This document shows positions 1 to 13,300 of a DNA stretch of 64,000 nucleotides, in pieces (position 1 is the first letter of the stretch; every line of letters starts with the position of its first letter). The notes below the pieces were generated by a model. The model did not search any database and was not told the DNA's origin. It was given only the letters and a program-made list of their open reading frames with translations. The translations under genes were made by a program, and so were the position numbers. The stretch is from NCBI RefSeq assembly GCF_963506605.1, contig NC_083284.1, positions 20,708,001 through 20,772,000 of the forward strand. The letters are read 5' to 3'. This DNA comes from Zootoca vivipara. Its lineage: Eukaryota.

Positions 1-122
1 CAGTGCAATTAATTACCATGACTTGATTTAGGTCTATTTCAGCGGCTCTACCCTGTATAAAAGTTTAATATAACCCAACATGAATAATTCTTGTCATGTG
101 TTTTGTGTGTGTATAGACTGAA

Positions 123-128
123 AATAAA
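123..128 (+). terminator. Candidate plus-strand poly(A) signal of an upstream convergent gene (MTTP by human synteny)
   Basis: AATAAA followed by GT-containing sequence. Gene identity rests on synteny only; no MTTP coding sequence is seen. Confidence 0.25.
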
Positions 129-2322
129 ACATAAAAAAACCAAGGTGTACTTAAGAGGTTGTTTATAATATAGTTTAATGAAAAATACATTTTATTTGTC
201 ATAACATTCAAAAAATATACAAATGCTTGCTTGTTTGCATACAAAGGTTGATGCTTAAAGCATTTAAACAGTTTATTATATTCTTGTGATCCTCATACAA
301 TTAAATCTTCGCTATGTGCAACACACCCGTAGTGCAATTCCCAGAGCTCCTTTGCTGGGTTTGCTGTCCTTGAATTCCAAGCTCACAGCATTCTGTAATG
401 GGATCACGCCAGACTTCAGCCAATAACTTGCTACAGTGTCATCTATGTTGAAAGCAGCATAGAGTCAACATTTTCTAGATAATTGTCTTTAGGTTTTCCG
501 CAAACAGCAGTCCATTTCACCAGAACAGTCTTCAAAGCATTCTGCCCTTACCATTTTGCTCAACTGCACTCAAGCCCAACATACAACTGACATTATCATT
601 CATTATCATTGCACTTTCTTTATGTCTCCCCGCTCTTTAAATTACTTGACGCTGATCCTCCCTTATCTAGAAGATGGAGAGAGGCGGAGAACCACCACCA
701 CCACAGATCATTTTTTAAAATCAAGCACTTTAGAATTTACTGCCCTTAAGTAATTTGCTGCAGTTTGTAACAGGAAAAGAAATGACGCCATGGCCATCAA
801 AACTAAGTGGCAAAGGCATCTTTCTGTGGACAGAAAACAAAGTTATCTGAAGCAGCTACCAAAGAGAAAATAGTAACAAACATAATAGTGTAAAAGTCAT
901 TCCTGTATATAGACATTCAGTACAACATCTCAGGCTTGAAAAGGCGGCCTTGTACAAGACCCAGGGAAACCAATCAGAAATTTCCCTGTGGATTGATTGA
1001 GTGGGCTCTGATGCTGACCCAAACCACTAAAGTGATGCCTACATGCTATCATTGCTTCTTAACTGAGAGTAAGCTTACCTGCAAAATGATATGGCTGCCA
1101 TGTGTAAAATATATAAACCTATTAGCATGTTAACCCTTTTATGGGGAGACCATGGTTTACATTACAGTAAATCAAAAGCCGAACTACTTGTGACCTGGAA
1201 ACTTAAATTCTGCCAGATACGGTAAGCAGGTAATATAAATTACACCTGTTCTACAAATGTTGTTAGCTGATTTTATACAATCAACTAATTTGGCTTATTC
1301 ATAGGCTTGAATCTGAAGCTAATCTTCCTCATGTGGAAGGGTTATTTTACAGTTTGTGTGAGAATGTGGTTGATGAAAAAAGGAAATCCAAAGAGGTTTG
1401 CTTGTACAACAGCCTACACAAAGCAAACAAATACTTAAGTGTTTGCAGAACAGCACCAGCAACCATTTCCCTTCTCCTCACGGTTCTTTTTATGCAACCC
1501 CCTAGTCTGGGTTCAAAGCACAGTTAAAAAATCAAAAATTGATTTATTAAATGTTGTTCTGCATCAGCACTCATAATAGTAACTAATATTAAGTAGGACC
1601 AAACAGGTTCGGTTTTCTGTCTTAATTTGTATTAAATTGAAAAGCTGTAGAATGATATGTTAGCTATACATACTCAGGGTAGATCCATAAAGATCAATGA
1701 ACTTAAGAAACGTGTCCATTTATTTCAATGGGTCTACTGTGAGTATGACTTAATTGGATATCAGCCGGAATAAATAAATACATGGATAATGCAAGGCATT
1801 AAGGATAGGGGAAGAAAAGTTGGAGTAGGGCTCCAGTGGGCAGGTATACAGACTTGTGAAAGGGAGGGGGATCTGATTATTGAAGCCCTTCCCAGACTAC
1901 ATACAGTTCAACTTTTAAAGCTGGCTTATAGCAGACCAGTAATCAATTTAGTGCAGTGCTGCTATGCTGACTGTCCTGAGCTCTCCAGAGTTTTAGGGAG
2001 GCAGTCTTTGCAGCTCTGCTACATGAGATCCATTAACTGAGCTGAATCTGAAATATGATACAAACCAAGCATGTGCTCTACTACTGAACTACGACCCCTC
2101 CCTAATAACATGAGGCATATGTAGAGCACCACATTTATTGGATTTTTCCAACAGCTTGGACCAGTATTTTTAGAGAGGGCCAACTCCACAAACCCGCCTG
2201 TCTACACGTAAAAATTTGGGGGAATAACCCTGCAAAGTAACCCATGAAACCTCTGACCCTGTGCTTTCACCAAGACCATTCCTGTCACATATTTAATTGC
2301 TTTCCTGGCTTGGGTCCAGAAT

Positions 2323-2537
2323 TAGGGTTGCCAGACTCAATAGTGGACAGGACTTCTGTGCCTTTAAGTGCCCTGCTTTCTTTTGAGTCTGAAAACCTTA
2401 AAGAGAAACCAGCAGACCCTTTGTTTAATTTCCAAGCAAAGGGTCTGCTGGTTTCTCTTTCAGGTTTCCAGACTCAAAAGAGAGCAGGGCAATTAAAGGC
2501 ACAGAAGTCCTGTCCTCTGTTGTGTCTGGCAACCCTA
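2323..2537. mobile_element. Palindromic hAT-type MITE
   Basis: TIR TAGGGTTGCCAGAC; 8-bp TSD TCCAGAAT (2315-2322 and 2538-2545); ~100-bp arms are near-perfect inverted repeats. Confidence 0.9.
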
Positions 2538-4614
2538 TCCAGAATATTGTCAGGAAATCTCACAGCAATCTTATAGAATCAAGTTCTCTCTACAATCACA
2601 AAAGTGTAGTTAGTATATAACAGTAAAAATTAAGCATAACCTGATATTATGACTGAAATGTGCCAAGTGAGGAGATTTGCCCTGAGAAAAGTTTTTTTTA
2701 CAGGCACTAAAAATCTGTACACACATCTAAATACAGAGTGCCTGGTCTTTTTATAACAGCAGAACTACGTATTATCAGAAACACTTCCCTGGTGGTCTTG
2801 GGTCATTATACTGTTTCCCCAACACTGCCAGCTAAAAATGAAGGATTGGTCAAAAATGCTCAGTGTAATGATGTCAAGACATGAGGTAATTTGAATCATG
2901 TGCTACTGAGGAGGGGGAGGGGGATCAGACAAAGGGCTGCTGTGTTTTTGGCAGTAGCCCCGTGTTTTTGATCACATGCAGTTCCACTCTTATTGTCAAG
3001 TACACTGGGCAAAATTATAACCCCTGAGAGCTTCTGGCCACAATACAAGACAGAATTAAGTGTGCCTAACTCTGCGCAGGGTTGTGGTGTGTGTTTGTGT
3101 GCAAACACGTATCTTGTAAACTGTACAGAGAAACATTTCCATGAGCACCGAGATAGAGGAAATATGTCACTGATTACACGGGTTCTAATATTATGGGCAT
3201 GAGAATATGACTGAGCTACTGTGGTATCCATACTGTCCGGCAGTCTGAAAACATCATACAAGTCTTTTGTGCATCATATGCAGGCTTTGAAAAATAGCAG
3301 AGAATACTTTCAGAATTAGATTTTTTGAAAAGAATGAATGAATTCATTTTATGTTAAGAAGCATTAAACTGAAAAAACAAACCCCAAGCTAGAAAAAATA
3401 ACATTATTTATACCATACGAAAAATGGGGTTGGTATAATTTCACTTCATACAGGAAAACGGGAAGTGCACATATTAAATCACCCCTAATTAGAGATATGC
3501 TTGCAGAGTATTTAATAAGGATGTAAGATTTCAGAGCTTTTTCACACATGCCATAGAAATTATCGTTGAGCCCCTCTCATGCTATTTGTAAGCACATGTG
3601 AATGGTGATAATGCAGCTCTGACTGCGCAGGCATCCCATTTTGAAATGGATTAAATAGACTGAAAGGAAGGTGGATTGCCCTTTTAGCCTCCAGTTGGTG
3701 CCATGTGTGAACTGGTTTTCCATTCACCATTAATGCCATAGAGGTGAATACTTTCTGGAGCAGGTAAGTAGAGGACTCTCCTACACTTACATAAATTGGA
3801 ACTGGCACTTGTAATCATTCAGCTTCCTTAGTTGTGGTTGAAGGAAATATGAATAAAGTCAGGGGGTGTCTTGGGTAAATGGCTTGCATGAAAACACTTT
3901 TACACTGCAACAGATCAAATGGTCTATCCCTATACTATCAAAAAGTTTTACATTTAGCGTTCAAAGCAAGTCGACAATCAAAGCCACTGTGATGCTCACT
4001 TAAACCCATTGTGATGGAACGTGGCCTGATAAATATGTACCTTTGAGCTCATCAAACTAACTAGTTCAATAAATAAAAAAAACCCTCCAACAATGTGAAA
4101 AAATAGAACCCATCTTTAGAGTACTATAGCTTATTTATTTGGGCTGGGAGCTGCTGCAAATGCTCCCATCAGTTACACAAAGCCCCAGCAAGCATGTCTG
4201 GTCTTTGGGGGGACTTGGCTGCTGGTTTTATCAGCCTAGCATGGCACGGTTATGGGACATGCCCTTAGTTTTGACATGCCTTGGCAATTTATTAAGACTG
4301 AGGCAGCAACCCCCTTTTCAAGAAAAGATCTGCTTCTCCTTTAAGCTCTGTACCGTAAAATACTGCACAGCAATAACGTGAAATGGAATTGTACGTACAG
4401 CCTATTGAGTATCTTTTTCTTACACAGGCTTTGCGTGTTTCAAGTTTCACTTTCTAGTAAATCTTCACTGCAGGTGCAGCGAATGAACTGACTGGTAATG
4501 TTGTGTGAACACACATGGCCTTCACTAAAATCTTAGGATGTGTGAAATCTCCCCTGAGAAATGTTACAATTCCTGTATTGAAACTACTCTGGGCTTCCCT
4601 TGAAATTCCTCATA

Positions 4615-4833
4615 CAGTGGCACCTTGGGTTACAAACACCTCAGGTTACAAACACTTCGGGTTACAGATTCCACTAACCCGGAAGTAGTACCTCGGTTTA
4701 AGAACTTTACCTCAGGATGAGAACAGAAATCGTGCGGTGGTGTGGCAGCGGGAGGCCCCATTAGCTAAAATGGTACCTCAGGTTAAGAACGGACCTCCAG
4801 AATGAATTAAGTTCATAACCAGAGGTACCACTG
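4615..4833. mobile_element. Tc1/mariner (Tigger-like) MITE
   Basis: TA TSD; ends CAGTGGCACCT / AGGTACCACTG. Confidence 0.85.
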
Positions 4834-7596
4834 TAATGTCTGCAAATTCACTTTAGGCAATATACCATGATAGTGAAATGATGTGCAGAACAGCTTAAAG
4901 AAACTCCTGTGTTTTGCTTTCCTTGGATGTTTCACCTGAGGAGGAAGATCCAAATTCACTCCAGTGGCAAATCTACTAAAATCACAATAGGCAAATGACA
5001 AATCTCCCCACAAGAGAAACGCAGCACCTCATCCCTAGCTAATTGATCTAGTCCAAAAAGTATTGATTTCAATGCAACAAAGAGTGAACGGAAGGTATGC
5101 CTGTATGTTTGGGGGATGGGTAGAGGGTTAGCATATCTGACAGAGCATATTCTGTCTCTCTCAGCTATAAATGGCACATATGCCCAGTAATCATGGCAGG
5201 CCAGGGAACGTCTTAAGTTCTCCTGGGTGGGTCCTAAGTGTAGCTGAGATTGCAGTGCCTGCATCAAGTAAACTTCCTACAACATTTCTCTATTTCAAAA
5301 GCTCACTAAAGTGTTCATTCTCCTCCCTTGAGAAAGCTTTGAGGTAAATCTTTGAGCTTTAGCTTGATGCCAAACATACATGTAACTGGCATAGGACACT
5401 GACAAGAAATCAGCAGGTTACGTTAACATTCATAAAATACTTTCTAAAGAGAATCTCCAAAATTCATACATTTGCAAAAACACAAACACAAAAAACATGT
5501 TTAGCTTAAACACTTGGATAGAAGGGAAAATAAAAGTTATCTTCACCTTTAAAATGAAAGGTGAACACCTTTTGCATACCTATATACAAGACTAGAATAT
5601 CAACAAGAATACCACTTTTTTCTACATGAAGATTAAGTGATGGGGTAAACTTCACCAGTTGAATTTCTGTCTGTTGCAAAACTCTTAAAGGCACCCAGCC
5701 TGCTAAAGAAAATTAGTATCCCTAGATTTAAGTACATTCCTTTTCTAGTTTTCTGATCTTATTTTTAATGTGGTCAAGGCTTGTTATAAAATCACACAAA
5801 ATAGTACAAAGCAGGAAATTTTGAATTATAAAGCAATCAAAGCGTATTTGCAGTTATTTTTACAACCGAGTCTGGAAAAAACATAATTAGTGATTAAGGC
5901 CCAATCCATCTAAATCATAACTAAAAGTGTGATCCTGTTCACATGTATTTGGCAATAATCCCCAATAACTTAATTTGCTTCAAAGTAAACATGCATAGGA
6001 TTGGGCTTCACATACTGCTAAAATCAATGCAACCCCAACCATATATAATCTGAAGCAAACCCAATTGAATTCAATGGGTCTTACGCTTGGGTGAGTGTTT
6101 TTATGCTTGCAGTCTTCGTCTTGCAATTAGTAGGAGGAATCCAAGGAGATCCCTTTGTCAATGCAAACATTTCTGCTTGCCTGATGGAATGATCTCCCCT
6201 TTCCTTCCCTGAGTGCTATTCTTTGGGTCCTCCTGTCTGCCCTTAGCAGATTCAGGGGGTGGGGAGAGGTGGGGGAAGCTTTGCTGTGCTAGCTCAAGTC
6301 CTATTGTGGGCTTCTGCTAGCAGGACCTGTTAGTTGAATCCAGCTCAGGAACACTAAACCCTTTTGACCCCCCCCCATATTTGTTTGGGGGGCATCCCCC
6401 CAATGTTAGGTGAGGTCAGAGGAGCCAGGAATATGGCAGCAGCGTGGCTTTAGTGGCCAGCTCCTTCTCCTCCTCCTGCCGTGGCGGGGAAGGAGGGGGA
6501 AGCAGCCTCCAGCCGGTGACAACAGGAGGAGGAGGAGCTGCCAGCCACTGAAGTCATGTGGCTGCCACATTCCTAGCTCCTCCGACCTAGCGCAATGTGG
6601 GAACATTGCACATCGCATCCTGATGCGACGTCATTGCATGCATGACCTCCTGAAGGAACAACGGTCCCCCAATCTGCCTCACAAGCTGGTGCCTCTGGTT
6701 GGGCCTGTATGTTTTCACTGGGGCACAGACATGACTGGCTTTAGCTAAACTGGAACCTAAGTGCATTGAACCAAGCTCATCAAAGTGCATACCTATAATG
6801 TAAACCAGGTCCTAACTCAGCTTCTACTGAAGATTATTTCAAGAATACAACTTGTGTATTCTTTCAGGGGAAACAACATGTGTTGGCTGTTACTTGCAAA
6901 CTTTTAATACCTTTGAAGAAACAGAACTAAGTTTGAAATGACTTCACATCATCTTTACATGTCTTTTTCTGAAAAAATAGTTCAAGTTAAAGCTTAAGGA
7001 AAACTACATGTTACACACAAATGTGTGTATCAAATTCCTTACAATCAATTTTTTTAAAAAGAAACACAGATGATGGAGGGGCATCTAACCCTTCCCATGT
7101 CCAGTTTTTGCAGTTATGTCAGGGAACAGGTTAAGCACTTGCCTTCTTTCTGCATTCTGTTGTTTTCCATTCAAAGCTGCTTTTCATTAAAAAGCAAATG
7201 GCTCGTATTGTTTATTTACATGCATTTGCATGTAACATGTAGTTAGCCACATGTGTTAGCAGGCATAACAATTACCTTGCATTATATATAGACAGTTTAC
7301 AAAAATACCACAACTCACCCACCCACACTTGCATAATTAAATTTACACACAGTTAAAAAACAGGGGGAGGAGGTGTTATACAAACATGAACATCATCAAC
7401 ACTTGTGTTGTACAAAAAATGCATGAGAAATACATGACAAAGAGAAAAAGCAGCTTAAATGAGAGCTTAGCATTACCAAGTCGTTTTCAGATTAAGGGAA
7501 AGAAATTCTCGTTGTTTGTGCCTGTAAGATAAAGTACAAACAAAAAATAAATCCTCGATTTACAGAACAATGTTTGTTAGAAAGCATCTTAGAATA

Positions 7597-7730
7597 NNNN
7601 NNNNNNNNNNNNNNNNNNNNNNNNNNNNNNNNNNNNNNNNNNNNNNNNNNNNNNNNNNNNNNNNNNNNNNNNNNNNNNNNNNNNNNNNNNNNNNNNNNNN
7701 NNNNNNNNNNNNNNNNNNNNNNNNNNNNNN
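7597..7730. other. Assembly gap
   Basis: Run of N. Confidence 1.
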
Positions 7731-8234
7731 CATTCTTGATAGGGCTATATCCAACTCAGTCACACACCCTACACTAGCCATCTCCATTAAATACAGTGAG
7801 TTTAAATACAGTGGGAGTACTCTGAGCATGGTTTATATTAGATGCAACTCATATTAGATACAATTCATAAATTCTCCAGTCCAAAATCTGATCTCAGAAT
7901 CATAAAATTGGAACGAACCTTGAAGGTTGCCCAGTCCAACCCTGACATGCTTACATCACTCTCTGCTTCTGCATCTTAAATCTGTGTTAAATTCCTCATT
8001 CACAAAAACAAGACTTGCAACCAAAGTTGGGAGTCAAAAAGGTGCAGGAAATTTCTACCTTTGAAGACACTCCCAAAATGATTTTCATTATGCTGAGGGC
8101 CACCAGTTTCTATTTTTATACCAAAAAATATCTTTAGACAAAGCCCAAGCAGAATGTACCTCTGAAGTTTGAATCTTAGTGTATGAGATTGGATAAAAGC
8201 ATATAAAATTATGCATTTTGTGGAGAAAGAAAGA

Positions 8235-8450
8235 AAAATATCCCCCTCTCATAACACTAGAACTTGTAGGCATCCAATGAAGCTCAATGTTAGAAGATTC
8301 AGGACAGATCAAAGGGAGTACTTCTTCACACAGGGCATAGTGAAATTGTGGCGTTCACCCCCACAAGAGCTAGTGATGACTACCAACTTGGATAGCTTTA
8401 AAGGAGAACTAAACAAATTCATGGAGGCTAAGGCTAGCAATGTCTACTAG
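8235..8450 (+). mobile_element. CR1-type LINE 3' fragment
   Basis: Translates TRTCRHPMKL..RFRTD.R.YFFTQ.IVKLW, the typical CR1 ORF2 C-terminus. Confidence 0.75.
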
Positions 8451-10742
8451 CCATGTTGGCTACCATCTACGTTTAAGATCAGAGTCAATATGCCTTTGAA
8501 TACCACTTGCTGGGAATCCAAGACTCATGTCCTGCTTGCAGGCTTCCCTTGGGCAGGTTGCTTTTGTGATTACACCTAGACACTGAATCCACAAAGACGA
8601 GATATTGGGCTTCTAGCATTAAAAAACCCCCCACAAAAAACCAGCTGCCTATATTGGATTAGAGCCACAGCAGTAGGGGATGGGTAGCCCTTTCACCCAA
8701 AGCTCCTACTCCCCACTCACGCTGGGCAAGTAGCTGCTTCAAGGCAGGGGGGGATGATTTAAAAAGGAAAGGAAGGCATTGGAGGGGTGTGCTGTAAACC
8801 CAACCTGGTTACCCTGTGGCTGCTTTTAACCTTTTTAAAAAAGAAGGAGTGGGAGGTGTCCTCCTGCCATCTCATCTAAGTGCACACTTAGCTCGCTTGA
8901 AGTTCTCGTGTACAGAGATCGACAAGGCTATTTGTGTAACCACAAATATAGAGTATCCACTGCCCCATTAAGATGAAAGATTTATTACACTCAACTCAAG
9001 CTTATCCCTCTGTACACAGATACACCTCTTTAAGAAATAAGACGAGACACTTCAAGTGAGGGGAAAGCATCCTAGAAAATGAAGTACAATATGATGCAGG
9101 AGAATCTTTTGCTGATATTGAACCTTGGCCAAGACATACAGCAGACTCCAGGCTTACCCTGCTCTCACCCACTGGGTGCAATGAGGGCCAACCTAAACAT
9201 TGCTTTAATCACCATTTTTGAATACTATGGGTCTCATTTTTTTGCAAAAAGCCAATGCAGGTGAGCCAAGTCCAGATCACGACCTTGACATGGTGGTGAA
9301 CTCTTTTCATTTCACTGTTTCCCTGCTGAAACCCAAGCTGCTTTATGGCCTAGGCTTTTTTTTAAAAAAAAACAACAACTATAGGTTGTATGCAACTGGG
9401 AGGTGCCAGTCACAAAATAGCTGCTATTGGGGGGGCAAAGCATAACATATGGGGAGCATTGCATAGCACAAGGTTAGATAGCTACCTCCAGCAACCTTAT
9501 ACTTACCATGAGAAATCAGCTATGTGCTGCTGGTCCCAATTGTGGAGATCATACAATATTGATTTTACATGCCACACGCACACTGATGGTGGCCACAGTA
9601 TACCCACTCTCATTTCACAGAAGTCACTTAGAAGGTACCTGTGCATTTTACCCCATAGATTTTTTTCTAGGAGTGCTAGAGTGAAAGCCATGGTACCCAT
9701 GGGTGCTGGGTTGGCGACCCCTGAGATAAATGCTTCTCAGGGTAGATCCATTGAAATTAACAGGCCTAAGTAAGTTATGCACTCTAATTTCAATGGGCAC
9801 GACTAACATTAAAATGTTCTGAACTGGCAAGAGCTCTCTGAGGTAATTTGCTGAATGTTACGATTGCCAACTTTCTTTTCCTGGCAAGACTCCTGTACCT
9901 TTATCTATACATAATGAACAAAAACTCCACCTGCAGAATCTCTGCTTGTCGAGCAGCTGTTAAAGCCCTACAAGAAAAAAGTTGGCAACTCTACTGTTAG
10001 TATGAACAATATCATATGTCACAGATGAGTGATGAAACGGCAGCTCAGTGGCTCTTGGCATTTCTTTGAAGTGTGTAGTGTGAGCCAGGTGGTGATCTAC
10101 AATCTCGCCACTTCTGTGATATGTCAGAGCATTCATGCTAACAGTCAATACACACAGACACTCCTCACTTTCTTCAGCTCAGCTGTTCCTCTGAATTTAT
10201 CCTGCCTTATACAGGGACCACTAAGAATCTGATGCCTCTCATCTTCCAAAACATTCTTCTTCTGCTAACCCTCTCTCTTGCCAAAAAACCCCAAAAACCT
10301 ATCTTGGGGGAGATGCAAGTGGGTGCATTAACCAATAAACCTGAAAGTGCTTAGATACGGAGTTTGATTAATCAATTACAGAAAACTTTACCCCCCCCCA
10401 AATTAATCACAGGGCAACAACATGCACACACATGCAACAATGACTACCTTTAAGGACATTGCTTTCTGCACAGGAAACATGTATAAACCTCATGTACACC
10501 ATCATGTGAGTGCACACATATTATTCCCCTTTGGAAACAGCTTCCTGGTGTGAACATACAAAGGAGCCACTTGTGACAAATTTAATAACTAATCATCATC
10601 AGTACCAGCTTATTCATGGGGATCAAGAAAGGGCTGCTCAAGTTGTTAGCATGATAACCAGCTGCCCTGAATCAAAGGTAAAGGTAAAAGCAAGCTGTCA
10701 ATGTGCACAGTGCCTTACCCCACAGGGCTTCCACCTCACAAC

Positions 10743-10956
10743 TAGGGTTGCCAGACTCATAGAGGATAGGATTTCTGTGCCTTTAATTGCTCCGCTCTCT
10801 TTTGAGTCTGGAAACCTTAAAGAGAAACCAGCAGACCCTTTGCTTGGAAATTAAACAAAGGGTCTGCTGGTTTCTCTTTAAGGTTTCCAGACTCAAAAGA
10901 GAGCAGGGCAATTAAAGGCACAGAAGTCCTGTCCTCTATTGAGTCTGGAAACCCTA
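10743..10956. mobile_element. Second copy of the palindromic hAT-type MITE, opposite orientation
   Basis: 8-bp TSD CTCACAAC (10735-10742 and 10957-10964); near-identical to 2323-2537 with the central loop reversed. Confidence 0.9.
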
Positions 10957-11353
10957 CTCACAACACACACATTTGTAGGAAGTAGGGTTCCCACCTTTGT
11001 TCTGGCAAAATACAGGACAAGCTTGTGATTGGAACAGTGTTGTTGTTTTTTTTAAAAAAAATCTGATGCTGAAGTGACTTCAAAGCAATCCATTACAATC
11101 CATTGCAACCTAGATGGCTCCTCTGGAATTTGTAGGCGTGCACACACATGAATTCGTAAAAGCTTGGCTACCCTGAGCTGAAGTACGTTACTGTTCACAC
11201 ACCCGTTCAAACCCATGCAACTTGGCAGAGATCGAGAGAGAGAAGACCTGACACCCAGGTCAAAATTGTACCCATACAGGACGTAGCCTTTTGCACTGAA
11301 ATGCGAGACAGAGACAATTCTGTATTATGAAGGGCAGGTGGCTATCCTAGGAG

Positions 11354-11355
<2 letters not shown>

Positions 11356-11398
<43 letters not shown>
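11356..11398. repeat. (TG)n microsatellite
   Basis: About 21 TG units, ~90 nt inside the putative 3'UTR intron. Confidence 0.95.
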
Positions 11399-11399
<1 letters not shown>

Positions 11400-11479
11400 T
11401 GGAGGCCCTTTCCGTAAGTTGCCTGTGAGGAGGCCTGGGATAACAAACACGATGCCCTGGCTTGCTGGCCAAGAGCCCA

Positions 11480-13300
11480 ACTCACCTGTGGCAGCATCAG
11501 CAGCATCCCTGGCCAGGCTCTCCATCACCGGTGCTCCACAACGAAGCGCATAGTGGTGCCGTCGAAGGAAGGAGGCGCGATGATCCTGGGCCCCAGAGGC
11601 TGCGAGTTGATGCTGATGAGCGGCGCCTTCCCCTCGCCAGGAACCCCTTGCTGCTGCTGTGGTGGCTGCTGTGGCTGCTGCTGCTGAGCAGCTTTGCCCG
11701 TGGGCATGTAGTAAGGGCTGTCCGCCCCGGGGCTGGTGGGACCGAGCTCTCCGCCCGGCTGCTGGGCAAGCTGGCCCTGCAGGGCGCTGGCAGGCAAGAC
11801 CGCAGGCAAGAAGCCCGGGTAGATCATGTAGGCCGCGGCAGGGGCACCGTAGGCTCCCCCCGCGCCCAGTGCCAGGGAGGACACTGGGAGGGTCATGGGG
11901 GCCACGGCCGGAGGTTGCGCCTGGGCCGGCAGGGGCACCTCCACGTACTGCCCGGTCTCGGGGTCGAAGAGGCGCCTCTTCTGAGGCGGCTGCTGCTGCT
12001 GCAACGGAGCGTCCACCACGTAGCACTGCCCGGTGCTGAGGTCCAGCAGCACTTTGCGTTGCGTCTGAGGCGCCGGGAAAGCGGCAGGCTCGGCGGCCGC
12101 GGGCGGAGAGAAGCACAGCAGAGGTGCGGGCTGGGCAGCGCCCGAGAAAGCGGCGAAGGACAAGGCCTGAGGGAAGAGCTGCGCGGGGGACACTTCGAAC
12201 TGAGGCGGCTGCTGCGGAGGATGGGCGGCCTGAGGCTGCGGGGCGGCTGCCTCTCCTCGCTGCTGTTGCTCGGCCGCCTCCTGCCCATGGGTCTTGCCGG
12301 TGCTGTAGGGCTGGTGGCTGCACAGGGCCGCCGCTGCCGCCGCCGCGGACAGTAGGCCCGGGCGGCAGCCTCGGTCTCCTGACGCGGCTGCCCCCGGTTG
12401 CTCCGTCGACGACGCCTTCAGAGGGATGGCCAGGTAGTTCCCGCAGTCAGGAGCCGCGGCAGTCGCCACCTTGGGGACCCTATCGGGCTCCACGAGACTC
12501 CCCTGCCTGTCCCCAAAGAGCTTGATGGAGCGAGGCCCGGCCTGGCCTTTCAGGCCTCTTGGTGGCGGATCAGGAGATGGCTGAGGCTGCTGCTGCTTGG
12601 CCTTCTGGGCCTGGGCATTGAAGGTGAAGGTGTTGCGGGGTGCCACAGGGGCCCTGCCTCTCTCCGTGCCCCCTGCGGCCTCCCCATGGAAGCCTGGCCC
12701 GCGTGCCCGCTCCCGAGCCTGTGCCAAGCTTTCGAAGGTCGCCATCTTGGCTGACACCTTCTCTGTGTTCTTGGTTGGGTTGGCATTCCGGCTGCGGGGT
12801 TGACGCTCGGGCGCAGCCCTGCTGCTGGCGATGCTGCTGGGGGAAGTCGTCAAGGCCGCACTCTGACTGGCATCCTGGTCCTCTCCCTTGTCGCCGGCCG
12901 TGGACTCGTCCCTGGATCCCGTGGCTGTGGCTCCCCCGGTGGTCCTTTCCTCGCTGGCGATGAGGGACAGGACATGGCTGTCGGTGATGGGCAGCGGGTC
13001 GCTCTTGCGCTTCCACTCGTTCTTGTGGAAGCTGTAGAGCTCCTCCATGCTCCGGACGGCCGCTGTAAGTTTCTCCAGAGCTTGGTGGTTCGCTGTGAGG
13101 GGTGCCTTGGCCACCTCTTCTCGTGGAATTTCTTCTTCACTAGCCACCGCCAGTGGGCTTACCTTGCTGCTTTTCTCCACTGGCATGGGTTGAATGGGCG
13201 GTGGTGGCGGTGGTGGCGGCTGTGCTTGCTGCCTCCAGGGCACAGATGTTTTGGACACTATCTTCAGCACAGCAGGCTGGCGAGGGTCGCTTTTGTTAGG
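11480..13300. promoter_or_regulatory. Intragenic CpG-island-like segment over the 3' third of the CDS
   Basis: Very high GC and CpG density compared with the rest of the same exon and the window. Confidence 0.7.

Larger units (their letters stand above)
170..7521 (-). other. Putative long terminal 3'UTR exon of C4orf54 (3' end uncertain)
   Basis: Begins at the acceptor at 7521. AU-rich UTR-like sequence. Minus-strand AATAAA candidates at 196-191 and 277-272, with further internal ones. Confidence 0.45.
7522..11485 (-). other. Putative 3'UTR intron of C4orf54
   Basis: Consensus donor CAG|GTGAGT at 11486/11485, 39 nt after the stop. Acceptor TTTGTTTGTACTTTATCTTACAG|G at 7522/7521, with branch-like TTCTAAC at 7582-7576. 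Confidence 0.7.

Noticed and set aside
7560-7857. ORFs spanning the N run
   Set aside because: Artefacts of the assembly gap.
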